A stretch of 64,000 nt of DNA from Massalongia carnosa (lineage: Eukaryota). The DNA is taken from contig OZ287084.1 of NCBI GenBank assembly GCA_965645245.1, forward strand, positions 186,001 to 250,000. The letters run 5' to 3'. Below are positions 61,488-64,000 of this stretch, in pieces. The position numbers and the translations under genes are program-made. The notes below the pieces were generated by a model, which had not been told where the DNA came from, did not search any database, and saw only the letters and a list, made by a program, of their open reading frames with translations. Positions within the stretch are counted from its first letter, which is position 1; every line of letters begins with the position of its first letter.

Positions 61488-62528
61488 TTAACAACTAAAG
61501 CCACAATCACCATCCCGGTTTCCATTATCATATTTTCCGAAATTGCAATGATGCTCCTGGTCATTGCTTCCCCATGCCTGATCGGCGTATTTGAAGAGAA
61601 CGGCGTCGTTGTCCACATCTTGCGCGGTGACGATCAGAACATAAGGCAGCTTACTGGTGACATCTACACCGACACCACTTCGGGCGACAGCTCCGAAATT
61701 TGTCCCGATCGTGACACCCGCTGCATCTTTGATGGCGATATCGAGCTTGTAATCTCCGGTTGGGTTCGAGTTGGCCTCGTGCTTCTGATACTGGGTCACA
61801 TGAAGGCCGCACCAGCCCGGCTTGTACTGGGCTTTCGATGGCGGGTCTGGAACAGGTCCATTTTCGAGACCACATTTGGAAATATCGGGATCGTTGGCGT
61901 TAGAACGGTCCCAAAGCAGGCAGGTCTTGGAGAAATTGTCCGGGTCGACCTTGATGATTCGATTACAGGTTCCACCGTTCGCCGTTAAGATACCTTTCTC
62001 TACCTTGATCCATACACTTTTGCTGATGTCAGTGGTCCCGTCAGATGGCAGCATGACGAATGCTGTGCCGGCCGTCTTCTCCGCAAAGGCCTGAGAGAAT
62101 CGTGTCGCGAATTTGGGGTATCCGGAATACTGGTCATTTTTGTCGGTAAAGCCAGCTGGGTAGGCGTCACGAACGAGTTTAAGGCCCTTTTTATCAGCGA
62201 AGTCTTGTGGTTTATCTTCGTGCTTCCCGACTTTGGAGTAAAATAATGATACGTCCGCTGCGACGCTGCATTTTGATCGGCACTCGTCGATTCCTGGATA
62301 TTTATCCTCCAGAAACGAGATGCCATTGGAAATTAGGTCGATCTTGCCGCCGGCTATGTTGTCGTTCCATTCTGGATCATCGATAGAGCTGTCTGGTTGC
62401 TCACCTTCCTGAGGAAATGGTACCGATGAGACAATGGTACCATGCAAAATCGCCAACAGTAAGGATGTTGTAATGAGGTAGGACAAGTGCTTGAGCAAAG
62501 TTCCGGAACGATGTGTGGGTATTTTCAT
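61488..62528 (-). CDS. Secreted two-domain protein: CD38/ADP-ribosyl-cyclase-like NADase candidate plus Cys-containing C-terminal domain
   Basis: Intact intronless ORF from ATG 62528 with a hydrophobic leader; SLFYS ... FSQAFAEKTAGTAFVML ... SVWIKVE; Pro linker; C-terminal GWCGLHVTQYQ..SKLPYVLIV..CNFGKYDNGNRDGDCGFSC. Confidence 0.7.
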   Translation of the reverse strand: MKIPTHRSGTLLKHLSYLITTSLLLAILHGTIVSSVPFPQEGEQPDSSIDDPEWNDNIAGGKIDLISNGISFLEDKYPGIDECRSKCSVAADVSLFYSKVGKHEDKPQDFADKKGLKLVRDAYPAGFTDKNDQYSGYPKFATRFSQAFAEKTAGTAFVMLPSDGTTDISKSVWIKVEKGILTANGGTCNRIIKVDPDNFSKTCLLWDRSNANDPDISKCGLENGPVPDPPSKAQYKPGWCGLHVTQYQKHEANSNPTGDYKLDIAIKDAAGVTIGTNFGAVARSGVGVDVTSKLPYVLIVTAQDVDNDAVLFKYADQAWGSNDQEHHCNFGKYDNGNRDGDCGFSC

Positions 62529-63766
62529 GTTTGAGAGGATTCCAATATTGATAGGCAAGGTAGAATATAGACTGAGGCTTAGGTAAGGGTTATCTCGGTG
62601 GATGTACTTAATGTATCTGTTGTGTCTTGATTCTTATCAAGTTTACGAGCCTGAATATATAGTCCATTCAAAAGGGTCCTCCATGGGCTCTGCCGTAGTA
62701 AGTCCATGTCATAATACTCATATAGGAAGCTGTGTGCTTCTATTTATGTTAATGAGGCTGAGAAGTCATTGGCCCGCAATTTATCTGTTGTCAAACTCTG
62801 CCAAGCATCGTCCGAGGCGTGGGTTCTATCCTGGGAAACGCCAATCCTTCTATTCCGGTTTCTACGGAATTTCAGGCCCGAGGCTTGAGGACTGAGATGC
62901 AATGAGGGAGCTTGCTGATAACACATGTCAAATTTACAACTATTGTGCCTCATCTATAACAGCCAATGCATTCTCCAAGTGGATAATCTTGAAGCAAGAA
63001 CTCAAATTATTGGACTGCAGGATTTGGTGTGTGAAACAAGGAGCTACTCAGCCTGGTTGAATGTACAAACCGCTTCATGCCGTAGCACGGCGTAGTTGTG
63101 CCTTTGATTCATGAGTTATTCTAATATTTTTAGTAAACTCTCCTGATTACCGAAATAGTTCAAGCATGTTGGAAAAACCAACCAGGCATGCGGCAGCGGG
63201 ATGCAGGAGAAGAGGGTCTAGGGCTATCAAGGATAGGCAAAGAGAAGTGCTTGGCAAACGTGATACAGGTACTCCGTATTTCCAGTGAAGTTACTGCAAA
63301 TTTAGCTATCTGCTGAACTGAATTCTGAACGACTGAATAGCTAAATTACATGAGAAATCACCGCCACTTTATACTGCTTGAAGGCCTCCATCTCGGCCTA
63401 TATCAAATGCATGAACCTGCTTCCTTTGAACCTCTTCAGCTGGGCAAAATAGACCTTATTGCTGACTGGAGACATCGAGACACTCAGTGATCATGAACAG
63501 CTGAATTGCCTCCGAGCATTTTTGCTGCATACCTTTGCCTCCTCGTAGTTGCCGAAGTCGTGCTGATATCTGAAGCTTTTCGCATAGCATATGATTGCCT
63601 AATCTGGAAATTAGTAAGCAGGAGGCACAAGAACCTTGGTCGCAAAATATTCAGGTATCTCGGCAAATTCCAATAAAGCAATCATAGCGCATTATATTTG
63701 AGGAAGGACTGTTGAATATCTAATTGATATCATTTCTAGTCATCGCCAAATCTTTCGAAACGGGTA

Positions 63767-64000
63767 ATGTCTTCGCAATCTAAAGACAATTTATTGGCTG
63801 CATGCGCAGCGGGAGATCTTGAGCGAGTACGTGAGCTATACCACAACACCTTTTCGGATTCTGACGAAGATGCGTTACTCAATGCCATGACACTGAAGGC
63901 GGCTGAGAACGGTCACGCAGAAGTGGTGCGATTTTGCCTAGAGCGAGGCGCGAAACCGGAATTTACAGTTATCAATGAAGCAACCGAATACCCCGAAGTC
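63767..64000 (+). CDS. Ankyrin-repeat protein, 5' part (runs off the window)
   Basis: MSSQSKDNLLAACAAGDLERVREL..KAAENGHAEVVRFCLERGAKP; open to the end of the window. Confidence 0.8.
   Translation, partial: MSSQSKDNLLAACAAGDLERVRELYHNTFSDSDEDALLNAMTLKAAENGHAEVVRFCLERGAKPEFTVINEATEYPEV

Noticed and set aside
63300..63700. Minus-strand segment with intron-like signals
   Set aside because: No stop-free spliced frame could be built and no family was recognised.

Overview
Eukaryotic, almost certainly filamentous-ascomycete DNA (short GT..AG introns with CTAAC/CTGAC branch sites, fungal TE families, CpA-biased C>T stop codons). Most of the window is a nested transposon graveyard: three Copia remnants, two near-complete chromovirus-type Ty3/Gypsy elements (LTR pairs, 5-bp TSDs, self-priming PBS, -1 frameshift sites), many solo LTRs, three MULE remnants, a hAT, two pogo/Tigger-like elements, an intact-looking Tc1 DD34E, a piggyBac with an ATAT rather than TTAA target, a Crypton tyrosine-recombinase element and a poly(A)-tailed retroposed insert. 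Between them are only host-interaction or conflict-type genes, with no housekeeping gene. These are: an M35-like metalloprotease pseudogene; an intact 4-exon small secreted Cys-rich protein that the ORF track misses; an ISG12/IFI27-like membrane-protein pseudogene divergent from a NACHT-ankyrin NLR with near-identical repeats; two PD-(D/E)xK nuclease-like genes; an ankyrin gene at the right edge; and a secreted protein whose N-terminal domain carries CD38/ADP-ribosyl-cyclase-like NADase motifs, the most novel candidate here. All family calls are by eye from motifs, with no database searches. Several 1-bp homopolymer frameshifts may be assembly errors.
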